A stretch of 64,000 nt of DNA from an uncultured Ruminococcus sp. (GCA_900066355.1 FMEL01000017.1:11935-75934), one strand, 5' to 3'. Shown: positions 34,555 through 44,469, counted from the first letter of the stretch. Program-made: numbers and translations. Notes: generated by a model from the letters alone, not told the origin.

Positions 34555-36252
34555 ATGAATCAAATTAACAATTCAAAGAAAATCTATCATGCAGCCATTT
34601 ATGTTCGTTTATCGAAAGAAGATGGCGATGTTGCTACTGCTGGAAAGCGTGAAAGCAACAGTATCTCAAATCAGAAAGATCTGATAAAAAATTTCCTAAA
34701 AGATAAAAAGGATATAGTTGTTGTATCAGAACGGGTGGATGACGGTTACAGCGGTTCTAATTTTGAACGTCCTGCATTTCAGATGATGCTGGAAGATATC
34801 AAAAAAGGAATTGTGGATTGTGTCGTTGTAAAAGACCTTTCCCGTTTTGGACGTGAGTATATTGATGCCGGAAAATATATCGAAAGATTATTTCCGGCAC
34901 TTGGCGTGCGGTTTATTGCGGTCAATGATCATTATGACAGCCTGGAAGGGAAAAGTCAGGCAGACGAAATCGTAATTCCCTTCAAGAATCTCATTAACGA
35001 TGCATATTGCCGTGACATTTCTATCAAAATAAGAAGCCACCTGGAAGTAAAGAGAAAAAATGGGGAATATATTGGAGCGTTTACACCGTATGGATACCAG
35101 AAAGATTCAGATAATAAAAACAAACTGGTGATAGATGTATATGCGGCAGGTATCGTCAAAGAAATTTACCGCATGAAATTATCAGGTATGAGCCAGACAG
35201 CAATTGCCAATGCATTGAACAAACAGGGTGTTCTTTCACCAATGGAATACAAGCACAGTCTTGGAATAAGGATTCAGGATAATTTTAAAACACACGAACA
35301 GGCAGAATGGAGCGCCATGTCGGTAAAAAGAATCCTTGAAAATGAAGTATACACTGGAACTCTGGTGCAGGGAAAAAGAACAACACCAAACCATAAAGTA
35401 AAAAAATTGATGAAAAAGCCGGAGACAGATTGGGTTAGAATTGAAAAAAACCATAAGGCTATCGTATCAGAACGAGAATTTGCACTGGTGCAGAGATTAT
35501 TAGGGATAGATACAAGGACTTCTCCGAACGAGGAAAAGGTATATCCATTATCTGGACTTGTGGTTTGTGGAGACTGTGGGGCAATGATGATCAAACGGGA
35601 TGTTCCGGCAGGAGGAAAGGTATATGCTTACTATATCTGTTCCAGACATGCGGCTACGAAAGCGTGTGCAGCACACAGAATACCAATGGGTAAACTAGAA
35701 GAAACAGTATTGGAACTGGTAAAAATCCATATTGAAAATATCCTTGATATGAAAAAAATCATGGATTTTATCCATGAAGTACCATTTCAAGAATTGGATA
35801 TAAAAGAACTGGAAATTAGAAAAGAAGCAAAAGAAAAAGAAGCCGTGCGATGCCGGGAGTTAAGAGATTATCTATATGAGGATTTCCGTGAAGGAATCAT
35901 TTCAAAAGAAGATTATAAAGAGCTTCATGACGGGTACACAGAAAAACGGAAAAAAGCCGAGGAAGCAGTCCGAAGCATTGATCAACAGATCAGTGAAGTC
36001 CTGGAATCAAAAAGTGATAAATATCATTGGCTGGATTATTTTGCCGAGCATCAGAATATACAAGAACTTACAAGAACTGTTGCTGTTGAACTGATTGACC
36101 AGATATTGGTATATGACAAAAAACATATTGAAGTCAGATTTAATTTTGATGACTGTTATCAATCCCTGTTACGGCAGATACAGTCGGTGGGATGTGATGT
36201 CAGCACAGGTATGGACGGAAGAATAGAAATTCAAAAGAGGGAGGTCGTATAA
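34555..36252 (+). CDS. Large serine recombinase 1
   Basis: Track ORF is 34450-36252. ATG 34555 follows AAGGAGG. It has AAIYVRLSKEDGD (catalytic Ser), VVKDLSRFGREY, a recombinase domain, the Zn-ribbon CGDCGAMM...YYICS and a coiled coil. Confidence 0.9.
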   Translation: MNQINNSKKIYHAAIYVRLSKEDGDVATAGKRESNSISNQKDLIKNFLKDKKDIVVVSERVDDGYSGSNFERPAFQMMLEDIKKGIVDCVVVKDLSRFGREYIDAGKYIERLFPALGVRFIAVNDHYDSLEGKSQADEIVIPFKNLINDAYCRDISIKIRSHLEVKRKNGEYIGAFTPYGYQKDSDNKNKLVIDVYAAGIVKEIYRMKLSGMSQTAIANALNKQGVLSPMEYKHSLGIRIQDNFKTHEQAEWSAMSVKRILENEVYTGTLVQGKRTTPNHKVKKLMKKPETDWVRIEKNHKAIVSEREFALVQRLLGIDTRTSPNEEKVYPLSGLVVCGDCGAMMIKRDVPAGGKVYAYYICSRHAATKACAAHRIPMGKLEETVLELVKIHIENILDMKKIMDFIHEVPFQELDIKELEIRKEAKEKEAVRCRELRDYLYEDFREGIISKEDYKELHDGYTEKRKKAEEAVRSIDQQISEVLESKSDKYHWLDYFAEHQNIQELTRTVAVELIDQILVYDKKHIEVRFNFDDCYQSLLRQIQSVGCDVSTGMDGRIEIQKREVV

Positions 36253-37953
36253 ATGGCTCGAAAATCAAGAAAAGTAGATTATGTGAATGTTGGAAATAAA
36301 GAAAATTTGGTTACAGAAGCTGAAAACCAGTGTGAAAAAGTTTCACATGCAGCCCTTTATGCAAGGCTTTCTTATGAGAGTGAAAAGAACAGAGAAAGAA
36401 ATACGATAGAAACGCAGATGGTTTTGCTTCATAATTTCGTAAAAGAACAGAAAGATATCGTGGTTGCAAAGGAATATTATGATATATCTAAAACCGGAAC
36501 TAATTTTGAGAGAGATGGTTTTAATGAGATGATGCAGGACATCAAAGAGGGAAATATTGACTGTGTTATTGTTAAAGATCTTTCTAGGCTTGGAAGAAAT
36601 TATGTAGAGGCGGGAAGCTATATTGAAAGAGTGTTCCCATTCTTTAATGTGCGTTTTATTTCGGTGAATGATCATTATGATTCGTTCAGAGATGACATAA
36701 GTCTGCTGATCAGCATGTCAAACGTGTATAATGAGTTTTATTCCAGAGATTTGGCAAAGAAAATAAGAAGTTCATACCGGACGAGCTGGGCAAATGGCGA
36801 ATTTCCTTCCGGTCAGATGGCTTATGGTTATGAAAAAGACAAGGATAATCCTCATCAGCTGATTCCAGATCCAGTAGCAGCACCAGTGGTGAAAAAGATA
36901 TTTCAGTATTTTATTGATGGAATGACTTATGCTGAGATTGCCCGGAAATTAAATGCGGATGGGTATCTCTGCCCGAAAGCCTACAAGCTGGATAAAGCAG
37001 GAAAAGCAAATGAAAAGTCAGCGGCATGGACATGGAGTGGAGGAACAGTCCACAAAATCCTTGAGAATCAATATTATGCCGGTGATAGTGTGCATAATCA
37101 GTTTACCAATGATTCCTGGGCTGCACAGAGACAGAAAATGAATCAGAAAGAAGAATGGATCATTATCAAAAATACCCATGAGGCACTTGTGAGCAGAAAG
37201 GATTTTGATGAGGTACAGGAAAAGATTGGTCATATCGTAAAGCGGGTTAATGAAGCTCGTAAATCAAATGGCAATAATGTAAGAGACTTCAACTTTTTCA
37301 AGCAGAAAATTGTATGTGCAGACTGTGGAAAAACCATGTATTTATATGGGAAAACAAAAGGCAATCATCGTAGGTTTTACTGTGGAAATAATAAGCTCCA
37401 CGGGAAGTGTACGCCACATTCTATCACTGATTTGGAAGTGAATGATTATGTACTGCGTGTGATACGTGCACATATCAATGTATATGTTGAAAATGTAGAT
37501 TTGATTCGGCGGTTGAATCAAAGACAGGAAAGCATTAAAAAATATGATGTGTTTAACAGGGAAATCAAGAAATGCCGGAAAGAACTGGAAAAAGTGGCAG
37601 TACACCGGGAAAGATTGTTTGAGGATTATGTGTGCCGTATTATTGATGCAGAGCAGTATGAAACATTTTCAAAGCAGGATGCGGAAACAGAAAAAGAGAT
37701 CCAGAATAACATGGAAATTTTATTAAAGCATCAGGTTGGATATGAAAAAAATTTTCACACAGAGGAAGAATGGGAAACATTGATCAATAAATACCGCAAT
37801 ACGAGAACGCTGACAAAGGAAATGGTCAATGCTTTTGTAGAAAAAATCGAAATACATGAAAGCGGTTCTATTACGGTACGTTTGGTGTATGATGATATGT
37901 TGGAAGAATTAAGAAAATATGCAAAAGAACGGGAGGCTGAGTTATGCCAGTAA
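36253..37953 (+). CDS. Large serine recombinase 2
   Basis: 566 aa. AALYARLSYESE, IVKDLSRLGRNY, and the Zn-ribbon CADCGKTM...FYCG. Confidence 0.9.
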   Translation: MARKSRKVDYVNVGNKENLVTEAENQCEKVSHAALYARLSYESEKNRERNTIETQMVLLHNFVKEQKDIVVAKEYYDISKTGTNFERDGFNEMMQDIKEGNIDCVIVKDLSRLGRNYVEAGSYIERVFPFFNVRFISVNDHYDSFRDDISLLISMSNVYNEFYSRDLAKKIRSSYRTSWANGEFPSGQMAYGYEKDKDNPHQLIPDPVAAPVVKKIFQYFIDGMTYAEIARKLNADGYLCPKAYKLDKAGKANEKSAAWTWSGGTVHKILENQYYAGDSVHNQFTNDSWAAQRQKMNQKEEWIIIKNTHEALVSRKDFDEVQEKIGHIVKRVNEARKSNGNNVRDFNFFKQKIVCADCGKTMYLYGKTKGNHRRFYCGNNKLHGKCTPHSITDLEVNDYVLRVIRAHINVYVENVDLIRRLNQRQESIKKYDVFNREIKKCRKELEKVAVHRERLFEDYVCRIIDAEQYETFSKQDAETEKEIQNNMEILLKHQVGYEKNFHTEEEWETLINKYRNTRTLTKEMVNAFVEKIEIHESGSITVRLVYDDMLEELRKYAKEREAELCQ

Positions 37954-39518
37954 CAGAATGTATCGCTGTTTATATCAGACTTTCGTCGGAGGATAATGAT
38001 GTAGATGGCAGTATAAAAGCCGAAAGTAACAGTGTCAGTGCACAGAGAATGCTGATAAACGAATTTATCAAAAAACAGGACGAATTTACTAACTGTCCAG
38101 TAGTTGAATATGTAGACGATGGGTACAGTGGTACAAACTTTAACCGTCCTGGCTTTCAGAGGATGATGGAAGATGCAAAAACAGGACGTATAAAAAGTAT
38201 TGTTATAAAGGACTTTTCAAGATTTGGAAGAGATTATCTGGAAGTGGGGAATTATCTGGAAAAAATCCTGCCAGTCCTTGGTATTCGAATTATCTCAATT
38301 AACGATGGCTTTGACAGTATCAATTCCTCTGGTTTTACTGGAGGAATGAGCGTAGCGTTAAAAAATATGCTGAATGCAATGTACAGCAGAGATTTGTCCA
38401 GAAAAGTTCGTTCTGCTATGAAAACACATGCTAAAAACGGTGAATATATGCCGGCTTTTCCCAAATATGGATATATTAAAGATCCAGAAGATAAGCATCA
38501 TCTGGTTATAGACCCAGAAGCGGCTGAAATAGTGAAACTGATATTCACAATGGCGGCAGATGGGAAAACAAAAGGACAGATAGCAAAATATCTGAACGAA
38601 ACCCATGTGCTTACATGCCGGGAGTATATGTGCAGAAAAGGTATAAAAATGCACAGAGAAAACGAAAAAGAAAAGAAACTCTGGTCAGTCACAACAATCT
38701 CAGATATGCTCAAAAATGAAGTGTATCTTGGGAAAATTATTTGGAATAAAAAGAGAGTGGCAAGAACAGGAAGCAATAAATTGGTTTCCAATGATAAAGA
38801 AGAGTGGATTGTTGTAGAAAATGCACATGAACCAATTATATCCGATGAATTATTCCAGAAAGCAAATGAAAAAGCATTTACTAACCAGAAAAGAGTTCTT
38901 ACAAAAAGAGGAGTAGCCTGCCCTATTTTCTTTTGTCCGACCTGTGGAAGAAGACTTGGTTTTACCAGCAGAGAGACTGGGTATCGCTGTATGCAGGCAC
39001 ATATCAGCGGTCTTAGTGGGTGTGTGGAAAGTAAAATGGACAGGAAAGAAGCAGAAGAAACAGTACTGGATGCAGCCAGAAATATGGCACAACTCATTTC
39101 GGAAAATCTTGAGAAAAAGAAAAGTGAATGGCATAAAACAATTTTGAAAGAAGAAAATATCGCAACACTGGAAAGTGAAAAAAAGCGACTCTCGTCAAGA
39201 AAAATGAAACTGTATTCTGATTATCGTTCAGAAGTGTTGGACAAGGAAGGGTATATGGAAGAACTGGAAAAAACGACTTCCCGTATTTCAGAAATCACTT
39301 TGCAGATAGCAGAATTGGAGAATGAGATTGCTACAGCGAAGAAAAAATGTGATGAAGCAACAGAAAAAGAAATGGAAGTAAATGAGATTGCAGCATTGCA
39401 GGATTTTGACAAAATACAGCTGTCAAAGATTATTGAGAAAGTCTTTATTTATGAACCAGGTCGTATGGAGATAAGCTGGAAGATGGATGACATTTTCTAC
39501 AAAGAAGAAAAAGCATAA
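37944..39518 (+). CDS. Large serine recombinase 3
   Basis: 524 aa. AVYIRLSSEDND, VIKDFSRFGRDY, and the Zn-ribbon CPTCGRRL...YRC. It overlaps LSR2 by 10 nt. Confidence 0.9.
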   Translation: MPVTECIAVYIRLSSEDNDVDGSIKAESNSVSAQRMLINEFIKKQDEFTNCPVVEYVDDGYSGTNFNRPGFQRMMEDAKTGRIKSIVIKDFSRFGRDYLEVGNYLEKILPVLGIRIISINDGFDSINSSGFTGGMSVALKNMLNAMYSRDLSRKVRSAMKTHAKNGEYMPAFPKYGYIKDPEDKHHLVIDPEAAEIVKLIFTMAADGKTKGQIAKYLNETHVLTCREYMCRKGIKMHRENEKEKKLWSVTTISDMLKNEVYLGKIIWNKKRVARTGSNKLVSNDKEEWIVVENAHEPIISDELFQKANEKAFTNQKRVLTKRGVACPIFFCPTCGRRLGFTSRETGYRCMQAHISGLSGCVESKMDRKEAEETVLDAARNMAQLISENLEKKKSEWHKTILKEENIATLESEKKRLSSRKMKLYSDYRSEVLDKEGYMEELEKTTSRISEITLQIAELENEIATAKKKCDEATEKEMEVNEIAALQDFDKIQLSKIIEKVFIYEPGRMEISWKMDDIFYKEEKA

Positions 39519-39540
39519 ACGGAATAAGATTGTTCGCAGG

Positions 39541-39572
39541 AGCATCACTGGATGAAAACAGTGGTGCTTTTT
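39541..39572 (+). terminator. Rho-independent terminator of the recombinase operon
   Basis: AGCATCACTG / CAGTGGTGCT form a 10-bp stem (one G-T) followed by TTTTT. Confidence 0.75.
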
Positions 39573-39605
39573 GCGAATTAAAAGCAAATTTTTTTTAGAC
39601 TTATA

Positions 39606-40076
39606 TTGACAAAAGCAGAACTTCTGGCATTGAGTCTTTCAGACTTTGATATGAGTGGTAATCTTTTGCATATCAATAAGACTTATAACCGGATCAGGAA
39701 AAGAGATGTGATTGATACTCCAAAAACAGAAAATTCAGTCCGTACCATTGATATTCCTAATTTTCTTAAAGAAGAGGTGCAGGAGTATGCGAAGAAGCAT
39801 TATGGATTTCCGGAAAATCAGCGGTTATTTCCGATTGTGGCGAGAACACTGCAGAAACGGCTTAAGAAGTATGAAGCATTGACCGGTGTAAAACCAATCA
39901 GAGTGCATGATATCCGTCACAGCCATGTAGCATATCTGATTTATCAGGGTGTAGAGCCACTGATCATCAAGGAAAGACTGGGGCACAAAGATATTCAGAT
40001 GACATTAAACACTTATGGTCACCTGTATCCGTCACAGCAAAAAAAGGTAGCTGAGATGTTGGACAACAAACGTTAA
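39606..40076 (+). pseudogene. Tyrosine recombinase (phage integrase family), 5'-truncated: C-terminal catalytic half only
   Basis: 156 aa. IRVHDIRHSHVAYLIYQG...LGHKDIQMTLNTYGHLYP supplies the H-x-x-R ... H ... Y catalytic motifs. The N-terminal SAM-like domain and first catalytic Arg are absent. An in-frame stop lies 9 codons upstream. Confidence 0.75.
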
Positions 40077-40094
40077 ATATGGAGGAAAAGACAC

Positions 40095-40265
40095 ATGAAA
40101 ACAAAGAAAGTAGTCAGAAAAATATTTGATACGCTCAATTATAGTAAGAAGCTGAAGATAAGTTCCATTTTACCGGATCGAGATTCGGATTATGCGATTC
40201 TTCTTGAATTAGAGGATGGAAGCAAATTTGAAATTATCATTATCCCAACAAGGAGATTCGTATAA
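40095..40265 (+). CDS. Small hypothetical protein (56 aa)
   Basis: Not in the track because it is under 60 aa. The ATG is 8 nt after GGAGGA. Translation: MKTKKVVRKIFDTLNYSKKLKISSILPDRDSDYAILLELEDGSKFEIIIIPTRRFV. Confidence 0.35.
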   Translation: MKTKKVVRKIFDTLNYSKKLKISSILPDRDSDYAILLELEDGSKFEIIIIPTRRFV

Positions 40266-40451
40266 GGAGTGGAACTATGGCTACTAACAGACAAAAAGAA
40301 AAAGCCCAGACAAAATATCTGAGCAAGTTCTCTGATAATCAGATTCACTGATATATCATCTTGGCAGATTCAGTATATCACGAATTGAACGATACAACAA
40401 TTCCCGAATATCTGTTCATCAGAGACTTGTCCGGAGGGGCAGGAGGTAGAA

Positions 40452-41126
40452 GTGACATTATTTGAACAGGTAAAAGAATGTGTGACAGCCAGACAGGCTG
40501 CGGAGCATTACGGGATTAAAGTAAAAAGAAATGGAATGGCGTGTTGTCCGTTTCATAAAGACCGACACCCAAGTATGAAGGCCGATAAAATATATCACTG
40601 CTTTGCATGTGGAGTGGGCGGTGATGCGATAGATTTTACAGCAAGGTTATTTGGAATATCACAGTATGAAGCTGCGAAAAAGATGATAGAAGATTTTGGA
40701 CTGGATATAAAAATCGAAGACAGAAACAAATACAAAAGGATGCACCAAAGCAGGAATACTTTGATATCAAAGAAACCTAAAGTTGTGATGATCAGAGAAA
40801 AACTGGAGCAGTGGTTGAAACATGCAACAGACGTGCTGATCAGATATCTGAAATGGATTCAGTTCTGGAAAGAGATTTACAAACCAGAACCAGATGAAGA
40901 GTGGCACGAATTATTTACGGAGGCATTGGCAAATGAAAGAAAGATAAATGACTATCTGGACGTGCTGATGTTTGGAACAGGAGAAGAGATTGTAGAGTTT
41001 TTCAAGATGAAGAGAAGGGAGGTTGAAAAAATTGAAGAAAGAATTAACGAATATCAGCGAGAAGTCCTTGATGGAATTAGAAGATATTGTGAACGAGGAA
41101 ATGCTTACAACAGAAGATGTCAATAA
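40452..41126 (+). CDS. CHC2 zinc-finger (DnaG-type) primase-like protein
   Basis: 224 aa with a GTG start after AGGAGG. CCPFHKDRHPSMKADKIYHCFACGVGGDAIDF is a CHC2 Zn finger. Confidence 0.75.
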   Translation: MTLFEQVKECVTARQAAEHYGIKVKRNGMACCPFHKDRHPSMKADKIYHCFACGVGGDAIDFTARLFGISQYEAAKKMIEDFGLDIKIEDRNKYKRMHQSRNTLISKKPKVVMIREKLEQWLKHATDVLIRYLKWIQFWKEIYKPEPDEEWHELFTEALANERKINDYLDVLMFGTGEEIVEFFKMKRREVEKIEERINEYQREVLDGIRRYCERGNAYNRRCQ

Positions 41127-42408
41127 TATGTTGGAGCATACGGATAAAGGAAGAACAAAGCAGACAATTAGAAATTGTGTAACCGTACTTCAAAATGATC
41201 CGGTATTGAAAAAAGCGATTAAACGAAATGAACTTTCTGGAAGGATGGACATTGTAAAAGAGGTTCCCTGGGAGCGGAGGAATAACAGTCCTACGGTTAC
41301 AGATACTGATGAAAATAATTTGAAGATGTATCTGGAAGAAAATTATGAACTGACAAGTGAGCGTGTGATCAAAGCAGGAATAGATATTGTTTCCAATGAA
41401 AATAAATATCACCCAATTAGAGATTATCTGGAGAGTCTGGTCTGGGACGGAATTCCAAGAATAGAAAATATGCTTCCACATTTTCTGGGAGCAGAAAAGA
41501 GCAAATATACAATCGGAGTAATGAAAATGCACATGCTGGCAGCGATTTCAAGAATTTATGAACCGGGAATAAAATATGATATTATGTTGTGTTTGGTTGG
41601 GAGTCAGGGAGCCGGAAAGTCCACATTTTTCAAATATCTAGCGATAAAAGAAGAATGGTTCAGCGACAATCTGGATCATTTGGATGATGAAAATATTTAC
41701 AGAAAACTGCAAAATCACTGGATTATCGAAATGGGAGAAATGAAGGCAACTATCACAGCAAAGAATATTGAACAGATAAAATCGTTTCTGAGCAGACAGA
41801 AAGAAACTTATAAAGTACCTTATGAAGTTCACCCGGAAGACAGACCGAGACAGTGTGTATTTTGCGGTACTTCAAATGATTTGAATTTCCTTCCGCTGGA
41901 CAGAACCGGAAACAGAAGATTTGCTCCGGTGATGACAGATATGTCGAAAGCAGAAGTTCATATTCTGGACAATGAGGCAGAGAGCAAAGCCTATATCGAA
42001 CAGGCTTGGGCAGAGGCAATGGTACTGTATCGACAGGGAAATGTGTTCTTAGGATTTACAAAGGAAATTGAGGAAGAGGCAAAGCGTCTGCAGAAAGAAT
42101 TTATGCCGGAAGATACCAATGCCGGAATCATACAGGAATTTCTTGATGACTACGATGACGATTATGTATGTACAAGAATTCTGTTCGATGAAGCGCTACA
42201 TCGAACCGGAGAAATGAAACAGTGGGAAGGTAAAGAAATTGCCAATATTATGAACAATGCGATTGTAGGCTGGAAACCACATGGTACACATCGATTCGGA
42301 AAGGAATATGGAATACAGCGGTCATGGAAACGGATGAAAGATTCGGTGAAGAAAGATAAAGACGGATTTATAGAAGTACCGGAACAGTTGGAAATACCGT
42401 TTGAGTAA
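41023..42408 (+). CDS. VirE/VapE-family P-loop NTPase (phage/plasmid primase-associated)
   Basis: 461 aa. Walker A LVGSQGAGKSTFF and the typical N-terminal TIRNCVTVLQNDP segment. The start is uncertain (TTG 41023/41032 or ATG 41101), and the ORF overlaps the previous gene. Confidence 0.65.
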   Translation: MKKLKKELTNISEKSLMELEDIVNEEMLTTEDVNNMLEHTDKGRTKQTIRNCVTVLQNDPVLKKAIKRNELSGRMDIVKEVPWERRNNSPTVTDTDENNLKMYLEENYELTSERVIKAGIDIVSNENKYHPIRDYLESLVWDGIPRIENMLPHFLGAEKSKYTIGVMKMHMLAAISRIYEPGIKYDIMLCLVGSQGAGKSTFFKYLAIKEEWFSDNLDHLDDENIYRKLQNHWIIEMGEMKATITAKNIEQIKSFLSRQKETYKVPYEVHPEDRPRQCVFCGTSNDLNFLPLDRTGNRRFAPVMTDMSKAEVHILDNEAESKAYIEQAWAEAMVLYRQGNVFLGFTKEIEEEAKRLQKEFMPEDTNAGIIQEFLDDYDDDYVCTRILFDEALHRTGEMKQWEGKEIANIMNNAIVGWKPHGTHRFGKEYGIQRSWKRMKDSVKKDKDGFIEVPEQLEIPFE

Positions 42409-42522
42409 AGATTATTGTAAACGATGTAAACGGAACTTGAAGAAAAAACTTAAAACGTTAACTTTTAAAATCTTTTGAACTCCGTTTACAAATTTCGTTT
42501 ACAGACTGGAAAGGAGCAGAAA

Positions 42523-42753
42523 ATGATGAAACAGGGAAGATTAGGATATAACAGCAGCAATGGAAGATATGGATTATTATCATCAGATTTATGGATTGAT
42601 ACAGGATTTCACTGCGGAGAAGGACTGGAAGTGCTGGTAGATGATGAATGGGTACAGACCAGAATGGAGATGAATCTGGCAAGAGAATGGTATCTGGTGG
42701 GAACACCTTATTGTGGAGATTTGGAATATGTGCAGGCGAGGATACCAGAATAA
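42523..42753 (+). CDS. Small conserved hypothetical protein (DUF5348-like)
   Basis: Track ORF is 42475-42753. I moved the start to ATG 42523, which follows AAGGAG. GRLGYNSSNGRYGLL...FHCGEGLEVLVDDEWVQTRME...WYLVG is the pattern I associate with DUF5348. Confidence 0.5.
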   Translation: MMKQGRLGYNSSNGRYGLLSSDLWIDTGFHCGEGLEVLVDDEWVQTRMEMNLAREWYLVGTPYCGDLEYVQARIPE

Positions 42754-42869
42754 ACAGATCTATGATCCACTTCGGTCGGTGCAGAACAGACGTCCATAAG
42801 GACGTTATGCCCCCGGCAGGGCGCAAGGGGACTTTTGATGGACGGTACGGCTGTCGAAAGTGCTTTTGC

Positions 42870-42940
42870 GTTACTTTTGACAAAAGTAACAAAAGAGGGG
42901 CTTGTCCCCGATACTTCTCGAACTACTAATGTTCGAGAAG
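42870..42940. other. Candidate oriT (RSA-like) hairpins upstream of the MobV relaxase
   Basis: GTTACTTTT-GAC-AAAAGTAAC (42870-42890) and CTTCTCGAAC-TACTAAT-GTTCGAGAAG (42914-42940). More short hairpins lie across 42790-43022. Confidence 0.4.
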
Positions 42941-43050
42941 GTTCCTAAATATCGTATCCGGCGAAAATTTCTTAAATATCGCCATAACTGGCGTAAATAA
43001 AAATTATGTGCCATGTCTGGCACTCGAGTAGAAAAGAGGTGAGAAAATTT

Positions 43051-44373
43051 ATGATGAAACGGACAATCAGTGGCATGATCGGAGCCGGTTCACTGGCTCA
43101 TAACAGACGGGATTTTGTAGCAGAAAATGTAGATCCGGACAGAGTGCAATTGAACATTTGTTATAAGAATGAGAATCTGAAAGAAGTTTATAAGGAACTG
43201 TTTGACGATGCTACGGAGAGATACAATGTCGGGAAAAGAAAGGACCGGCAGATTGCAAATTATTATGAAAAAATCCGACAGAGCAAACAGGAAAAGTTGT
43301 TCCATGAAGTGATATTCCAGATTGGAAATCGAGAGGATATGGCAGTGGGAACAACAGAAGGAAATCTGGCTGTAAAGGTATTGGACGAATATATGAAAGA
43401 TTTCCAGAAGCGGAATCCGACACTTCGGGTATTTAGTTGCTATCTGCATCAGGACGAAGCTACTCCACATCTGCATATCGATTTTGTCCCTTATGTGACC
43501 AACTGGAAGGGAAAAGGAATGGATACTAGAGTTTCACTGAAGCAGGCATTAAAAAGTCTTGGATTTCAAGGCGGAAATAAGCATGATACAGAACTGAATC
43601 AGTGGATAAATCATGAAAAAGAAGTGCTGGCAGAAATCGCAATGCAACGTGGAATTGAATGGGAACAGAAAGGTACACATGAAGAGCATCTGGACGTTTA
43701 TAATTTCAAGAAAAAGGAACGTAAAAAGGAAGTGCAGGAACTGGAGCAGGAAAAAGAAAATCTGACAGCAGAGAACGAAGGATTGATTTCTCAGATTGCG
43801 GACGCAAGGGCAGATATTAAACTACTGGAAGAAGAAAAAATTCAGTTCCAGAAAGATAAAGAAATAGCAGAAAAACGTGCCGAGAACGCAGAAACGGAAT
43901 TGAAAAAACTGGAGGACAGAAGAGAATTCCTGCAACCGGTGATGGATAATGTCAGTAAGGAAATAAAAGAATATGGAATGATCAAAACATTTTTGCCGGA
44001 AGCTACAGCATTGGAACGTGCGGTAACTTATCGGGATAAGAAAATAAAACCCTTGTTCATTGAAATGAAGAATAAAATTGGTGCGATGGCTGCACAGGTT
44101 AAAGAACTTACCAGAGAAAGAGATAAGTGGAAAAGTAAGTTTCAGAAGAAAAAGCAGGAGCACGAGAACACTAAAAAGGAACTGGCAGAAGTTCAGAAGG
44201 ATTATCAGAAATTATCCGGTGAGAAAGAAATATTGCAGGGATTTGCAGACAGATACAATCGACTTTTACGTATGCTGGGGAAAGATATGGTAGAAAGACT
44301 GGTGCAGGACGATATCCGGATGCAGGCGGAACTTGAAGCGAAAAAGCAGAAAGAACAAATGCCGAAAAAATAG
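43051..44373 (+). CDS. MobV/Pre-family relaxase (Tn4451 TnpZ-like)
   Basis: Track ORF is 43006-44373. I moved the start to ATG 43051, which follows GAGGTGAG. HQDEATPHLHIDFVPY is the HxDE...PHxH motif, and the C-terminus is a long coiled coil. Confidence 0.8.
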   Translation: MMKRTISGMIGAGSLAHNRRDFVAENVDPDRVQLNICYKNENLKEVYKELFDDATERYNVGKRKDRQIANYYEKIRQSKQEKLFHEVIFQIGNREDMAVGTTEGNLAVKVLDEYMKDFQKRNPTLRVFSCYLHQDEATPHLHIDFVPYVTNWKGKGMDTRVSLKQALKSLGFQGGNKHDTELNQWINHEKEVLAEIAMQRGIEWEQKGTHEEHLDVYNFKKKERKKEVQELEQEKENLTAENEGLISQIADARADIKLLEEEKIQFQKDKEIAEKRAENAETELKKLEDRREFLQPVMDNVSKEIKEYGMIKTFLPEATALERAVTYRDKKIKPLFIEMKNKIGAMAAQVKELTRERDKWKSKFQKKKQEHENTKKELAEVQKDYQKLSGEKEILQGFADRYNRLLRMLGKDMVERLVQDDIRMQAELEAKKQKEQMPKK

Positions 44374-44469
44374 GCGACCGTATACAATGGGCAAGAGAAC
44401 GAAGTGAAGAACACAATGCACAGATAAAGAAGAACAAAACAAAATACAGAGAAATGGAGTTGTAAGAAT

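Larger units (their letters stand above)
23800..39600. mobile_element. Integrative mobilizable element (relaxase + MobC, no T4SS, three tandem large serine recombinases at the right end); boundaries approximate
   Basis: Gene content of 23951-39518. Its right edge is followed directly by a 5'-truncated tyrosine integrase gene at 39606. The left edge is only inferred, from the end of the ABC gene at 23775. Confidence 0.6.

Noticed and set aside
38498-39097. 199-aa ORF on the minus strand
   Set aside because: It is antisense to large serine recombinase 3, is of low complexity and has no motifs.
40277-40351. 24-aa ORF (MATNRQKEKAQTKYLSKFSDNQIH) with an RBS
   Set aside because: It is too short to support without conservation data. 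It may be a remnant of an excisionase-like gene.
42458-42929. ORFs 42458-42892 (minus strand, 144 aa) and 42648-42929 (plus strand, 93 aa)
   Set aside because: They overlap each other and the hairpin-rich oriT-like leader, and have unusual composition. They are probably non-coding.
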